Shown: positions 29,557 to 43,569, counted from the stretch's first letter. The stretch: 64,000 nucleotides of DNA from Octopus vulgaris (GCA_951406725.2 OX597835.1:35588001-35652000), one strand, 5' to 3'. Numbers and translations are program-made. Notes: a model not told the origin generated them from the sequence alone.

Positions 29557-29692
29557 ACATCTATATCTATCTATCTATCTAGCTAGCTATCAATCAATCT
29601 ATCTATCTATATATCTATCTATCAATCTATCTATCTATCTATCTAGCTAGCTAGCTATCAATCAATCTATCTATCTATATATCTATCTATCA

Positions 29693-29740
<48 letters not shown>

Positions 29741-29848
29741 CTCTCTATCTATCTATCTCTCTCTCTCTCTCTCTCTCGATCTATCTATCTGTCTATCTAT
29801 CTATCTATCCATCTATCTATCTATCTATCTATCTATATATATATATAC

Positions 29849-29898
<50 letters not shown>

Positions 29899-29935
29899 AC
29901 ATCTATATCTATCTATCTAGCTAGCTAGCTATCAA

Positions 29936-30010
<75 letters not shown>

Positions 30011-30011
30011 G

Positions 30012-30106
<95 letters not shown>

Positions 30107-30121
30107 ATATATATATATATA

Positions 30122-31485
30122 TATTACATTATATCATTAGGGCTTAGTAAAATAAATTACTTTGCCACATACTGAACTTAGTAGAAATAGCAGCCAAAAA
30201 AATTTTTTCTTAGCATTTCTACTACTTAAAGAAAATTTCTCTCAGATAATGTTTACTCCAGACAGCTCACGAAGGTTTGGGGGTAAATACAGAAAAATAT
30301 CACAAGTACATAGATCGTTTGAGTACGTCAACGTTTCAAGATTAGCCAAATAAAATCAGCATTTCTTTCGTCAGCTCAAAATTTCTTAATTTGGATTTGG
30401 AAACACTAAAAAGAAGGAACTTTACCTATCAGCGAACTTGTCGCTTCAGATGAACCACTCCAACTAAACAGTGTCAACAAATTCAAAATGCGCAGGCGTA
30501 AAATTCTGCACTCCCCATTCCACCCACGTGGTCTATCTAGCAAACATTATATTTTAACCGCGAGAACCGAGGCAGTATGACCGAGAGAAATGAATTATAA
30601 TATCAACAATTGAGGGTAAAATTAATTAATTAATCAATTTCACCAAGTGTTCAATATGTAAAAGGACCATTTAAGGCGAATTCAAAATATTACATTATAT
30701 AATTAGGGCTTAGTAAAATAAATTACTTTGCCACATACTGAACTTAGTAGAAATAGCAGCCAAAAAAATTTTTCTTAGCATTTCTACTACTTAAAGAAAA
30801 TTTCTCTCAGATAATGTTTACTCCAGACAGCTCACGAAGGTTTGGGGGTAAATACAGAAAAATATCACAAGTACATAGATCGTTTGAGTACGTCAACGTT
30901 TCAAGATTAGCCAAATAAAATCAGCATTTCTTTCGTCAGCTCCGGTCATACTGCCTCAGTTCTCGCGGTTAAAATATAATGTTTGCTAGATAGACCACGT
31001 GGGTGGAATGCGGAGTGCAGAATTTTACGCCTGCGCATTTTGAATTTGTTGACACTGTTTAGTTGGAGTGGTTCATCTGAAGCGACAAGTTCGCTGATAG
31101 GTAAAGTTCCTTCTTTTTAGTGTTTCCAAATCCAAATTAAGAAATTTTGAGCTGACGAAAGAAATGCTGATTTTATTTGGCTAATCTTGAAACGTTGACG
31201 TACTCAAACGATCTATGTACTTGTGATATTTTTCTGTATTTACCCCCAAACCTTCGTGAGCTGTCTGGAGTAAACATTATCTGAGAGAAATTTTCTTTAA
31301 GTAGTAGAAATGCTAAGAAAAAATTTTTTTGGCTGCTATTTCTACTAAGTTCAGTATGTGGCAAAGTAATTTATTTTACTAAGCCCTAATTATATAATGT
31401 AATATTTTGAATTCGCCTTAAATGGTCCTTTTACATACTGAACACTTGGTGAAATTGATTAATTAATTAATTTTACCCTCAATTG

Positions 31486-31487
<2 letters not shown>
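30122..31487. mobile_element. PLE pLTR array: tandem units (~565 bp) plus an inverted copy
   Basis: 30124-30377 repeats at 30690-30942. 30943-31487 is the reverse complement of the unit. Flanked by (TA)n; carries three HHR copies. Confidence 0.85.
31146..31208 (+). ncRNA. Canonical type I hammerhead (also at 30318-30380 and 30883-30942, minus strand)
   Basis: TTTGAG-CTGACGA-AAGA..TCTT-GAAA-CGTTGACG-TA-CTCAAA. Confidence 0.88.
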
Positions 31488-31543
<56 letters not shown>

Positions 31544-32002
31544 ATATATATATACATATGCTTCGTGTAAGTGTTCAGGGTGGTTCATTTGCCAGTGTCC
31601 ATGTTAATCGTGGAATTTCTCTTTCTTGTGTCTGTACATATATACATGCGCGTGCATATGCGCCTGCGTGTCTGTTTGTATATGTGTATGTGTGTTTTTG
31701 TTGTACAGTCTCTGCATCCGTGTTCCTCTGTGTGTCATTATGTATAATATAATGTCTGTGAAAAATCGCGTTGTGTTCAGACGAAACGAATATATTTACA
31801 ACAAATTTTCCTGCATATTTACACGGAAGCATGAACAAACATTATCTGTGAGAGTGTATATATGTTACTGGATTTATTGATCCATATACGAGAGGGTGTA
31901 TATATGTATATTGATATATATGTATACATATGTATTTTAAATTTTCATGCAAGTTTTGTGATATTACTGCCATGTATGCACAAACCCACACACACCGCAA
32001 AC

Positions 32003-32041
<39 letters not shown>

Positions 32042-32061
32042 TATATTTATCTTTATATGTA

Positions 32062-32125
<64 letters not shown>

Positions 32126-32579
32126 CATATAAAGATAAATATATGCATTCAAAACAATCACTACTCTTATATTGAGGACTCCTTCCATGCCCATTTCTGT
32201 GTGAGATTGGTCGAACACTTTGACCAGCCTTCGGTCCAGCGAGAAGTTGCAAGCCTTCATATACCCGTTACTTAATAAGCTCACTAAATTTCGCTGGTTA
32301 ATCCATGCTTCTATTGCCTTTCCATATTCTTCCAGTTTATCGTGGATCATTTCAAGCCTCTGTGATAATTAAGTCTTGCTCGCATATAGACACTGCTCTT
32401 CTGTGGTATAATGGTTTTATATTTTAACGTTATTATCTCTTACCTGTTACTGTCACTGGATGGCGACCATGCTGGGACTTGAAGGCTTTTAGCCGAACAA
32501 ATCTTATTTTTAAGTATTTTGTGTATTCTATCACATTCTTTTACGGAACGTCTCTTTGACATCGAAATGAACAAACGCA

Positions 32580-32642
32580 GGTGAGTGGATTTGGTAGACG
32601 GAAACTGAAAGTAGCCCGTCGTATACATGTATATGTGTATGC

Positions 32643-32683
<41 letters not shown>

Positions 32684-33265
32684 AGTGTTGTGTGTGTGTG
32701 TGTGTGTTTGTCTGTGTTTGTACCCCCAACGTCGCTTGACAACCGATGCTGGTGCGTTTGCACCCCCGTAACTTAGCGGTTCGGCAAAAAAGACACACAC
32801 AAGGACACCGTCGTTATGTATATATCTGTGTGTGTGTGTGTGTTTGTGTTTCTGTCGGTGTTTGCCCTCACCATAGCTTGACAACCAGTGTTGGTTTTTC
32901 TATGGCCCTCTAATATTGCGGTTTTGCAAGCGTGCGAAAGAATTGGCTCGACTTAAAAAAAGAAAAACTAACAGCACCTTGAGCAAGTGTCTTCTACTAT
33001 AGCCTCGGGTCGACCAAAGCCTTGTGAGTGGATTTGGTAGACGAAAACTGAAAGAAGCCCGTCGTATACATGTATATGTATGTATATATGTGTGTGTGTG
33101 TTTGTGTGTCTGTGTTTGTCCCCCTAGCATTGCTTGACAACCGATGCTGGTGTGTTTACTACCCAGTAACTTAGCGGTTTGGCAAAATAGACCGATAGAA
33201 TAAGTACTAGGCTTACAAAGAATAAGTTCTGGGGTCGATTCAAGGCGTTGCTCCAGCATGGACTC
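32580..33265 (+). mobile_element. Clustered partial SINE family 1 copies
   Basis: GTGAGTGGATTTGGTAGACG...GCTTGACAACCGATGCTGGTG occurs at about 32580 and 33025. Confidence 0.75.
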
Positions 33266-33289
33266 AGTCTGTTTATATATTTGCTACAT

Positions 33290-33985
33290 AAAGGTAATGA
33301 CGACCCTCTTCGGTCATGAATGACCATGAGATTGCACCAAGGGAGTCTCGCTCCGGGGCCGAAGTCCGGGCAAGGTTGTTTATGGAAGACCAACAGTCAC
33401 CCATGCATACCAGCCTCCCCTCTTCACACCACTAATGTTATCGAAGGGAAAGGCAAAGGATGATACAGCTCGGCACCAGTGACCTCGCATACCATTTCTA
33501 CTGCTGAGTGAACTGGAGCAACGTGAAATAAAGTGTCTTGCTCAAGAACACAGCACGCAAACTGATCCGAGAATCGAACTGACTACCTCGTTATTGTGAG
33601 CCTCATGCTGTAGCTACTGAGCCATGCGCCTTCACTGTTTAAATATTTAATAAATAAAGGGTAAAGATGACTCTATTCGATCATGACTGACCATGGGATT
33701 GAACCTAGAAAGTTACCCTTCGAGACACAAGCCCGGACAAGGTTGTTTATGGAAGACCAGCAGTGTTCCATGCATACCTTATCCCCCTCTTCACCCCACA
33801 GGCGTTATCCAAAGGAAAGGCAAAGGCCGATACAGCTTGGCACCAGTGACGTTACAACTCATTTCTACAGCTGAGTGAAATAAAGTGTCTTGCTCAAGAA
33901 CATAACACAGCCCGGTCGGGGAATCGAACTGACTACCTCATGATTGTGAGCCGCACGCTCTTCCCACTGAGCCATGCGTCTTCAC
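33290..33985 (-). mobile_element. Two tandem tRNA-derived SINEs, family 4
   Basis: Two related ~330 bp units (33290-33635 and 33670-33985). Minus-strand head GCGCATGGCTCAGT...GTTCGATTC, then TTCTTGAGCAAGACACTTTATTTCAC, and tail CTTCCATAAACAACCTTG...CATGGTCA.TCATGA. Confidence 0.75.
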
Positions 33986-34621
33986 CAAACTTTACTTTAC
34001 TCCAAACAAGTACAAAGTAAAACATAAAGACACCTCGATTATAGTCACACAATACTGTGTCTACTTGAAACCACAAAACAGATAGAATTATCCAAATAAA
34101 AGCAGTATACACTTGGTCGCCACATTACTCCAAGACTTAATGTAATTGGAATAATATTGTAAATGTTCTACTAATATGATAAAGTGCTCCGTTACGAAGT
34201 GACTTATAATTATATTAAGTGTTGTAATTAGATGTTCTGTGTAATATTCATATATCAATGATAAATGACGACAACGCTCGCTATCTTCAGACAGAACTAA
34301 TGCAATTATGTGTATAGTTTAACAGCTGAATGTACTGGAAACAGCCATGCTATATACGAACAGATGCAGAAATGTATCTGTTATCTTTTGCTTGTTTAAG
34401 TCATTGGACTGCGACCATACTTCGGCACAATTCAATTGAAAGCATTTATTTTAAGCCATGTTAGTTAATCTGTTGCTCGTTTTTGCCGAACGAATAAATT
34501 ACAAACCGCATCACCGTATCATATCAGTAGCAGTCGTGTAGGGCAAGACACACGCACACATACAAACATACATATATACATACATACACAAACATGCACA
34601 CATATTATATATATATATAAG

Positions 34622-34809
34622 GGGAGAATTAAAAAAAAACAAAAGACGTAGACAGGTGGTGTAGACAACAAACAGATGTATTATTATAACGCTCGGGAAG
34701 TGAAAAAAGTATTTTACGTTTGGAGCCTACGCTCTTCCACAGAAAGGAACAACAGAAAGAGACAAGGAGATAAAATAAAGAATTTGTAGTAGCTAGCGAT
34801 CTATCATGG

Positions 34810-34811
<2 letters not shown>
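34622..34811 (-). mobile_element. HHR-bearing element family A, copy 4 (GAAA mutated to CAAA)
   Basis: Reverse complement of 2414-2606; core CTGTGGA. Confidence 0.75.
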
Positions 34812-34874
<63 letters not shown>

Positions 34875-35029
34875 AATACACACACACATACCCAGAACCA
34901 CGCTAATAGCTTAGGAGTGAAATTTAGGATTTCGGGTTTTTCTGTGAATCGATTTTGATAAAAACTTTTCCCAGCTGGTTTGCACATTATGGTAACACCA
35001 TTGTTATGCTTTCATTATTCTGCGTAATG

Positions 35030-36498
35030 TTCTTTCTTTTTCTTTTTCAAATTCTTCAGTTTTGGGGTGAACCACGTTAAAACTTTTGAATGAAAATAGC
35101 CCATCTAGACATTTTTTTGCAGTAAATGAAGGGTAATTATGCATATTACGCATATATTGAGTATATAGATGTTTTCGATTTAGTTTGGAATCTTTGCATC
35201 AAATTTGAATTCTTTGCAATCAAATTTGATGGCAAAGAATTCAAATTTGATGGCAAAGAATACCCACTAGATCGAAAACATCTATACATTTAACAGAAAA
35301 CCACGATCATATTATGACATTTATTGACATACTGAATTATTTAGCAACATAAGCGCCAAAGAAGAAACGATCCAATTGTGGGGTCTCCAAGACTGTGACA
35401 GATAGGGATTTAAGGGATATCGGTTGCAAGTTACGTGAGAAACCTGGACAAACAAGCAAAACTCTTTTTACCCCCTCCGGACTTCCTCATGTACTGAAAA
35501 CCACCAGAAATCGCATCCTCGGAATTATAGCTTCCGTGCGAGAACCCCTGAAAATGCCTCCTCACAGGAGTTTGTGGCTTCAATGGGCCCAAAAGTACAT
35601 GACGTTAGACATGAGTTGTGTTCTGTTCACTGACGAAACTAGGGCGATCCTTGACGGACCTGGTAGTTGGGAAAAGGGTTGGGTCTGTTTTGGAGATGAG
35701 CGTCATCAACGTTTACCAGTCAACAACAGGGTAGCGGAGTCATGTCGGCTGGTATCATTGGGAACACACTTGTTGGCCCAGTCAGGGTGCCTGAAGAGGT
35801 TAAAGTGACCGCAACCGCCTACTGCAATCTCCTGAATACCAGAGGTAGAGTAGTCTTGAGTCTCTAGATAGATGACATACTGCTCTCACTTCGAAGGAAT
35901 CTCGTATTTATACATGACAGCGTTCTATTCGTCTCTGCTAGGACCACCCAAACATACCTAGGTCTTAGGGCATACAATGTGAAAGGTTGATGGTGTGGTC
36001 GCTAGCATCTCTGGATCTCGTATTATCTTTAAGTGAGAATATATCTTCTTTTAGATTTATCAATTGATGATTATCAGAATATAAAGTGATTAGTAAAGAG
36101 AAAATATACCCTCAGCCCTATCGAATATCTTTGGTCCATCATTAAACAAGGTGATTATGCCGACGGACGCCAATTTACACCGAAAGATGTCTTATGGGCG
36201 AACATCAAAGCTGCAGCAGGCAGTCCAACCTGTTACTATTAAGGAATTGACAGATTCCATAACTAATAAGGTTTTTGAAGTTATCCTTGGACCTGGCACT
36301 CATGTGGCTAAATAATTCATTATGTCAATAAATGCTATAATATTATTTTGGGTTTGTGTTATATATATATATATATACTCAATGTATGCTTCATATATAG
36401 CATTTTGTGAGAAAAAATGTCTAGAGTGGCTATTTTTATTCAAAATCTATTAGCGTGGTTCACCCCCAAACCGAAGAATCTGAAATAAAAAAGAAAGG
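35030..36498 (+). mobile_element. Degenerate Tc1/Tc3-like transposon with long imperfect TIRs
   Basis: Inverted repeats ~35030-35170 and ~36360-36498 (TTCTTCAGTTTTGGGGTGAACCACG / CGTGGTTCACCCCCAAACCGAAGAA). Transposase remnants WAQKY, VLFTDETRAILDGPGSW, FIHDS, and SPIEYLWSIIK. Confidence 0.8.
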
Positions 36499-36514
36499 AT
36501 TTTACACAGAATAA

Positions 36515-36910
36515 GCGCAGGAGTAGCTGTATGGTAAGCAGCTTGATTCCCAACCGTATGGTTCTGGATTCAGTCCCACTGCGTGGCACCTTGGGCAAGT
36601 GTTTTCTACTACAGCCGCGGGCCGACCAAAGCCTTTTGAGTGAATTTGGTAGATGGAAACTGAAAGAAGCCTGTCGTATATATATAAATATATATCTGTG
36701 TGTGTGTTTGTGTATTTGTGTATGTTCCTCATCACTGCTTGGCAACCGGTGCTGGTGTGGGTACGTCCCCTGTAATTTAGTGGTTCAGCAAAAGAGGCCG
36801 ATAGAATAAGTACTAAGCTTCTAAAGAATAAATCCTGGGGTCTAGTTGCTCGACTAAAGGCGGTGCTCCATCATGGCCGCAGTCAAATAACTAAAACAAG
36901 TAAAAGAGTA
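36515..36910 (+). mobile_element. SINE family 1
   Basis: Full head, body and tail; moderately diverged. Confidence 0.85.
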
Positions 36911-37085
36911 ATAATCCTTTCTACTATAAGCACAAGGCCTGAAATTTTGGATCGACTCCGGTACGCAGCTAGTACTTCATTTATAAACACTATCGTTCCT
37001 GAGAGAGTTTCTTTTTATATATTCACTACGAAGCTAACTTCATTCCCTGGATCTTACATTTACATATGTGTGTGTGTGTGTGTGT

Positions 37086-37156
<71 letters not shown>

Positions 37157-38489
37157 TATATATATATATATATGACTCTTTGTATGACTATAAAACGAAT
37201 TTTATTCCTCCACTGACGACCGTATATGAAACATATGAAACTTTGAAATGGTAAAGTCAGGAGTGAACGGAATATGTATTTTGATATCTGTACATATAGA
37301 TTATATTCTCTCCTGTGTATTTCGATGTTTAATTCTAGACATAAACACTAAAACAAAACCCACCGACACACGCTTACAAACGCTTAGATATTATAAGTAA
37401 TGTTCCTCGTTGAGTTTGTTTGTGTTATTTCTGCTTCTCTCTCTCTCTCTCTCTGTTCATCTTTCTGTCTCTCTGCTTCTCCCTCTTGCTGTCACTTTCT
37501 CTGCCTAACCCTCCCTCTTTCACTCTCTGATTCGCTCTCTTTTTTCTCTCTCTCCCTCCCCACTCTTACATATCCCTCCTCCCCCCCCTCTCTCTCTCTC
37601 TCATTCTTCTATCATTATACTTCCTTTCTTCAGTCATTTTTAAATCTCTATTTTGAAATTTCAAAAAATGATTAAAACAAACAAAATGACAAAATTACGA
37701 AAAAAATAAAATAAAATAAAATAAAACAAAAAATCGAGACAAATAAAATTAAAACATACTTGAAAAGAATATAATACGTAATAAAACACAAAAAAAACAA
37801 AAACAAAAATTGCAGTAGCAAATTTTACAAATCTAAAAATAAAATTACAAAAAGCTTTAAAATTTAAAATATCTTAAGAACTAAAAAGATAACGAAAAAG
37901 AAAAAACGGGAGAAGCAGAATAAACAAAAATACAAAAATGATAGAAAAAAATTTAAAATAAAGATGAAAAAAACAAACGAAGAAAAGAAAAGGAAGAAGA
38001 GAGTTCAAAAATTGAAGAGTTGCATTAAATTTCCTTTGCGAAGGAAAGAATTGTATTCTTGCAATTTCGGATCAAATAATACTCCGTTAGTGTATTTCGA
38101 ACGTGATTACCGAACATTTGATACTCGGCAAACCTCTAGCGTCAACCGGCTTAACTGGCAGACAAATTGATTGTAAACAATATCGAACAGGAAGAATATA
38201 TTGGTGGTGGTGGTGGTGGAGATGGTGGTGGTGGAGATAGTGGTGGTAGTGGTGGTGGTGGTAGGAAGAGAGGAGGAAGTGATGGTGAAAATGAGATAGG
38301 GAGAGCGAGATAGAGAGATAGAGAGATAGAAGGAGAGAGAGAGAGAGGGAGAGAGAGAAATGTGGAAAGGGAGATAGGGTGTGAGGGAGCGAGAGAGAGA
38401 GAGAGAGGGAGAGAGAGAGAGAGAGGGAGAGAGAGAGAGAGAGGGAGAGCATCGATACAAGTTCAAGCACAGCTGACAGGCGTGTGCTA

Positions 38490-38533
38490 CCACTTACTAC
38501 TATTACCGCTTCTACTACTACTACTACTACTAT

Positions 38534-38572
<39 letters not shown>

Positions 38573-38663
38573 CACTACTACTACCACTACTACTACTACT
38601 ATCTACTACGACGACCACTACTACTACGACCACCACAACCACCTCCACCACCACCACCACCAT

Positions 38664-38744
<81 letters not shown>

Positions 38745-38890
38745 TGCTATTCTACAACAACCACTACTGTTGCTACTACTACTACTATTACCAATATTAC
38801 CACCACCAATACCACCACCACTATTACTACGACTGCAGCTGCTATTACTGCCACCACTGCTACTATTACCAGTACTACTGCTTCTACTAA
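38490..38890. repeat. (ACT)n/(ACC)n trinucleotide tract
   Basis: Direct inspection. Confidence 0.9.
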
Positions 38891-39074
38891 GGTGATGACA
38901 TCGACGATACCGCCAATGATAGAATTACCCGCAACTTGATGAATGAATGAACATTATTCTTTTCTACTCTAGACTCCAGGCCCGAAGGGGCCAGTCGATT
39001 AGATCGAACCCAGTAAGCAGCCTTCACAATTTTATTACTACTACTATATTTATTTCTTGATTGCCCATAGGGGA

Positions 39075-39836
39075 CAAAGCATAGAAGGGACAATTAGGGA
39101 CAGAGAAAGGGATTAAGTCGATTACATCGACCCCAATGTGTAGCTGGTACATAATTTATCGATCCCGAAAAGCAAAGTCGACCTCGGCGGAATTTGAACT
39201 CAGAACATAAAGACAAACGAAATACCGCTGAGCATTTCGTCCGGCGTGCTAACGTTTCTTATTTCTTCACTGCCCACAAGGGACTACACACAGAGGGTAC
39301 TCATTTAATCAACCCTAAAATGATGAAAGGCAAAGTTGATCTTGGCAGAATTTGAACTCAGAACGTAAAAACAGACGAAATACCTATTTCTTTACTACCT
39401 ACACAGGGCTAAAAACACAGATGACAAACAAAGACAGACAAACGGATTAAGTCGATTAAATCGACCCAAGTGCGTAACTGATACTTATTTAATCGACCCC
39501 GAAAGGATGAAAGGCAAAGTCGACCTTTGGCGGAATTTGAACTCAGAACGCAGCGGCGGACGAAATACCACAAAGAATTTCGTCCGGCGTGCTAACGTTT
39601 CTTATTTCTTTACTGCCCACAAGGAACTAAACATAGAAGGGACAAACAAGGACAGACAAACGGATTAAGTCGATTACATCGACCTCAGTGTGTAACTGAT
39701 ACTTTATTTATCGACCCCCGAAAGGATGAAAGGCAAAGTTGACCTCGGTGGAATTTGAACTCAGAACGTGGTGGCAGACGAAATACCACTAAGCATTTCG
39801 CCCGGTTTGCTAACGGTTCTGCCAGCTCGCCGCCTT
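39075..39836 (-). mobile_element. SINE family 3 (MetaSINE-like) with about four tandem internal units
   Basis: GAATTTGAACTCAGAAC recurs at about 39190, 39348, 39533 and 39751. The head is at 39836. Confidence 0.8.
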
Positions 39837-40579
39837 AATGAATGAACATTATTATGAAATCCTTCCTGAACCACCACTTCAGCTTTCTTAATTCCATCAC
39901 TACTACTACAACCCAAACTGCTACTAGCATAACACCACATACCACCAGAACTGCCACTGCTAGAACTACCAACGTCAGCACTGAGACCAGTATCAAGTGC
40001 AGCCCTCACCACAACCATCTCCATTTATACTACATCACCATCAGGATCACCAGTACCACCACCTATACCACAACAACGTCGTCACCACCATCAATATCAC
40101 TGTACAATATATTTACCAGTAACATTACAACCGTTACAAGTACTGTCAACAGAACCAAAGCACGAGCAGCAGCAGCAGCAGCACCACCACCACCACCACT
40201 GCTACCACCACCACCACCATTATCACCACCATCATCATCATCATGACCACCACCACCGCCTCCACCACTCCTACTATCACCAACGTCGTCATCACACCAC
40301 CACTACCAACACCACTGCCACAACCACACCACCATCCCCACCACCACAGCCATCGACGATTATCACACTCGAACCAAAGAAGGAGTCTGTCTGTGATCAC
40401 TGGAGCAGCAAGAAATAGCAGCTATATCTGACTTCTATTTCTTAAAATGGAAGACATATTGGACAATATACTTTGTGATGTACAATATCTGAAAGTTCGG
40501 CGGGAGGTCATGACTGGAACGCCTTTGATCATACGACTAATGGGTTGAGATCGACATGGACTATGAAAATAAAAACAGT

Positions 40580-41395
40580 ATTATTATCAACATTAGAAAT
40601 AACATTCTCAACTTAATAGCAACACAGTTATCAATATTAACAACATTTCCAGAAATAGCAACATTCTCGACATTAACAACATTATCAACACTAGTAACTA
40701 CATTATCAACACCAGCAGTAGCATTATGAACTCTGCTAACAACGTTGTTAACATTAACAAGTATTTTTAACATTAACATTATCAACTCTGGCAACATTAG
40801 TAACTAACTATTCAATATTAGCAACAGATCTGTGAATAATAGCGGCATCTTCAACGACATTAGCAATAGCGTCATTGGCTTTGATAATAGTATTATCAAC
40901 GTTAACAATAACATTGTCAACACTAGCAGCGAACCTAGCATTCTCATCGGAGGCAACAACATTATGAACATAAATAGCAACATTATCAACGCTAGAATTT
41001 TTCAGCTCTAACAACTATATTATCTGCACTAATAGCAGAAGTAGCTATACTAGCAACATATTATCAACATTAGCCACATTATCAACAATAGCAAGAAAAT
41101 TGCAGGCAGTAGCAAAGCAAGATTATCACCGCTTGCGTTAGCATTATCAACACTAACATTATCAACACTGACAGCAATATTATGCTCTATTATAACAGGA
41201 GAAGCATGGCTAGCAATATATTAACAACATTAGCAAAATTATCAACACTAATAGCAGTGTTAGCAACATTAGCAATATATTATCACCATTAGCGACATTA
41301 TTATCAGTTCTAGAAAGAACTTTATCAACACTAGCAACAATAGTGCATTCATACCATCAAAACCACCAACAGCAACAGTTCTGTCTCACCGTCAG
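40580..41395. repeat. Degenerate AAC/AAT/AGC-based low-complexity repeat
   Basis: Recurrent (A)CATTATCAACA(C/T)TAGCA-like words over ~800 bp. Confidence 0.7.
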
Positions 41396-41414
41396 CCAAA
41401 AGAGGGAGCTTCTA

Positions 41415-41919
41415 CGAAGGGTGCTGAAAGGTTCCTGGCTTCGGGTAAAAGAAAATACAGGAGGATCAGTTAATTAGGATTTTATTTAGACAATTATTGC
41501 AGCGGTCCTTCAGTTTTTCTAAGTCCTATAAAAGAACTTGGAAATTTGGGCCCCCAACAAGGCCTTCCAGGAACCCCCTCGTACACATATCTGTTTGAGT
41601 AAGTCATGTTTGTAATGCTTTTGATTATAGGTGTCGCTTAAGTCAAAATATTTTCCTCGTGTTGAACAGGTTGTTGTTTCAAAGCGACGAAAATATTTCG
41701 ACACAAATTAAATTTAAATATCGAAGTAAATCTAACGTTTTTTTGCGTGTTTTTTAAATGGCTTATAAACACCTTCCACGTTGTAATGGTTTTCATTTCA
41801 GGACACGATCTCAGATCAAGTCACTTGCTATGCAAGTACATCTCCGTAACACGGGTAATAGTTTTACGTATAAATACTGATGAAAATCTTAAAGCCAGAA
41901 ACTTTTTAGCACTCTCTTG
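41415..41919. mobile_element. Mariner-type MITE
   Basis: TA|CGAAGGGTGCTGAAAGGTTCCTGGCTT ... AAAGCCAGAAACTTTTTAGCACTCTCTTG|TA; imperfect TIRs with TA target duplication. Confidence 0.7.
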
Positions 41920-42242
41920 TACATGATCTATCGACTGTTAGAAACAATATTTAAATAGATATTCGTAAAATGACGCTCAGACTTGTTACAGAAAGGAAAC
42001 AATGGACAGTGTAGTCCTCAATATACATAGAATAGCATGTTTAGGGTTGGGTCACATTTGACCATACATCTGCCCAATGGCCTGGCGCTAATCAATAGCA
42101 GCTATAACAGCAATAACAACAACAACAACAAAACGGTGTAAGCTCCTAATCGATAGGAACCTCTAACCAGTCTACTAGAAATAGCAGTCAAATTTTCCGG
42201 AAAGCACAACCAAAATGGCTGATCTGCGAGTAACTAAATATG

Positions 42243-42480
42243 GATGCGCGTGGCTTAGTTGTTAGGAGTGTTGGGTTCATGATCGTAAGATTGCGGTTTC
42301 GATTCCTGGACCAGGCGACGCATTGTTGTCTTGAGCAAAGCACTGCACTTCACGTTGCTTCAGTCCACTCAGGCGGCAAAAGGGAGTAAATCCGGCGAAT
42401 GACCGGCGTCCCGTCAAGGTGGGGGAATTTATACGCGAGGAAAACCGGGAAACCGACCCCATGAGTCTATATCATTCGGG
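42243..42480 (+). mobile_element. tRNA-derived SINE
   Basis: GTGGCTTAGTTG...GGTTTCGATTCC...CTTGAGCAAAGCACT; related to 19430-19620. Confidence 0.7.
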
Positions 42481-42537
42481 AAGGGTATTTATACCTACCT
42501 TTTTTTATTCTTACATCACCAATATTGTCACCACTAA

Positions 42538-42752
42538 AGGCGGCGAGTCGGCACAATCGTTAGAGCGCCGGGTAAAATGCTTGGCGGCGTTTCGTCTGTC
42601 TTTTCATTCTGAGTTCAAATTCTGCCGAGGTCGGCTTTGCCTTTCATCCATTCGGGTTCGATAAAATAAGTACCAGCTGAGCACTGGGGGTCGATATGAT
42701 CGACTTACCCCTTCCCCATCTTGTTGGCCTTGTGCCAAAATTTGAAACCAAT
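42538..42752 (+). mobile_element. SINE family 3 (MetaSINE-like), single unit
   Basis: GGCGGCGAGTCGGCACAATCGTTAG...GAGTTCAAATTC...GCCTTTCATCCATTCGGGTTCGATAAAATAAGTACCAG. Confidence 0.8.
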
Positions 42753-42852
42753 ACTGCTACCACTAATAATAAAAGTAGTTGTGGTAGTAGCAGTAATATA
42801 AATACTACCACAAACACTGCTAGTACCACCACCATGGCTCCTACTGCTGCTG

Positions 42853-42915
<63 letters not shown>

Positions 42916-43569
42916 ATAATAATAATAATAATAATACTACTACCACCACCACTACTATCCCTACAGTAAATACTACCACTAACCTTACTGAAAACAACAT
43001 CAATATCACCATTACCACCACTATTAACATTACCATCACTACCATCAATACCACCACCACCACCACTATTAACATTACCCTCACCACTAACAAAAATACC
43101 ACAACCACCACCACCACCACGATCGTAACCACCACAACCACTACCTCTAAGACCGCCATCACCACCACCATCAGAACAACTTCCGCCACTCCCATCACGC
43201 CGCCGCCACCATCACATTAATCACAACTGCTATCACGACTAAAACCGTCGCCGGCGCCACCACCACCACCACCACCACCATCACAATAACCACAACTTCT
43301 TCCACCACCACCGCCACCGCCACCGCCACCAGCTAGTGACACCACAGTTAGAACATGACACATTCTACTCAAAACGCTGACAGACGATACTTTGTGATAA
43401 AATTGAGAAAGTCTCAGTCTTTTATTGGTGCGTTTATTAATAACCAACAACGTCGAGTTATTCTTGGAAACTAAAAGAAATTGGTGGAATTAGCTGTAGC
43501 GTTGTGGGTGGGAGGGGTGAGACGGCAACATTAGTAGAATGTTGTGTAGTACTTACTTATTGCAGGGGC

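Noticed and set aside
30162-31364. Duplicated 63 aa ORF (likewise the 76 aa ORF at 53284 and 53873)
   Set aside because: These are antisense to the HHR within pLTR copies; their identity reflects the DNA inversion, not coding constraint.
39075-39836. CRISPR-like repeat-spacer array
   Set aside because: The whole units are homologous SINE segments without unique spacers; the context is eukaryotic and there are no cas genes.
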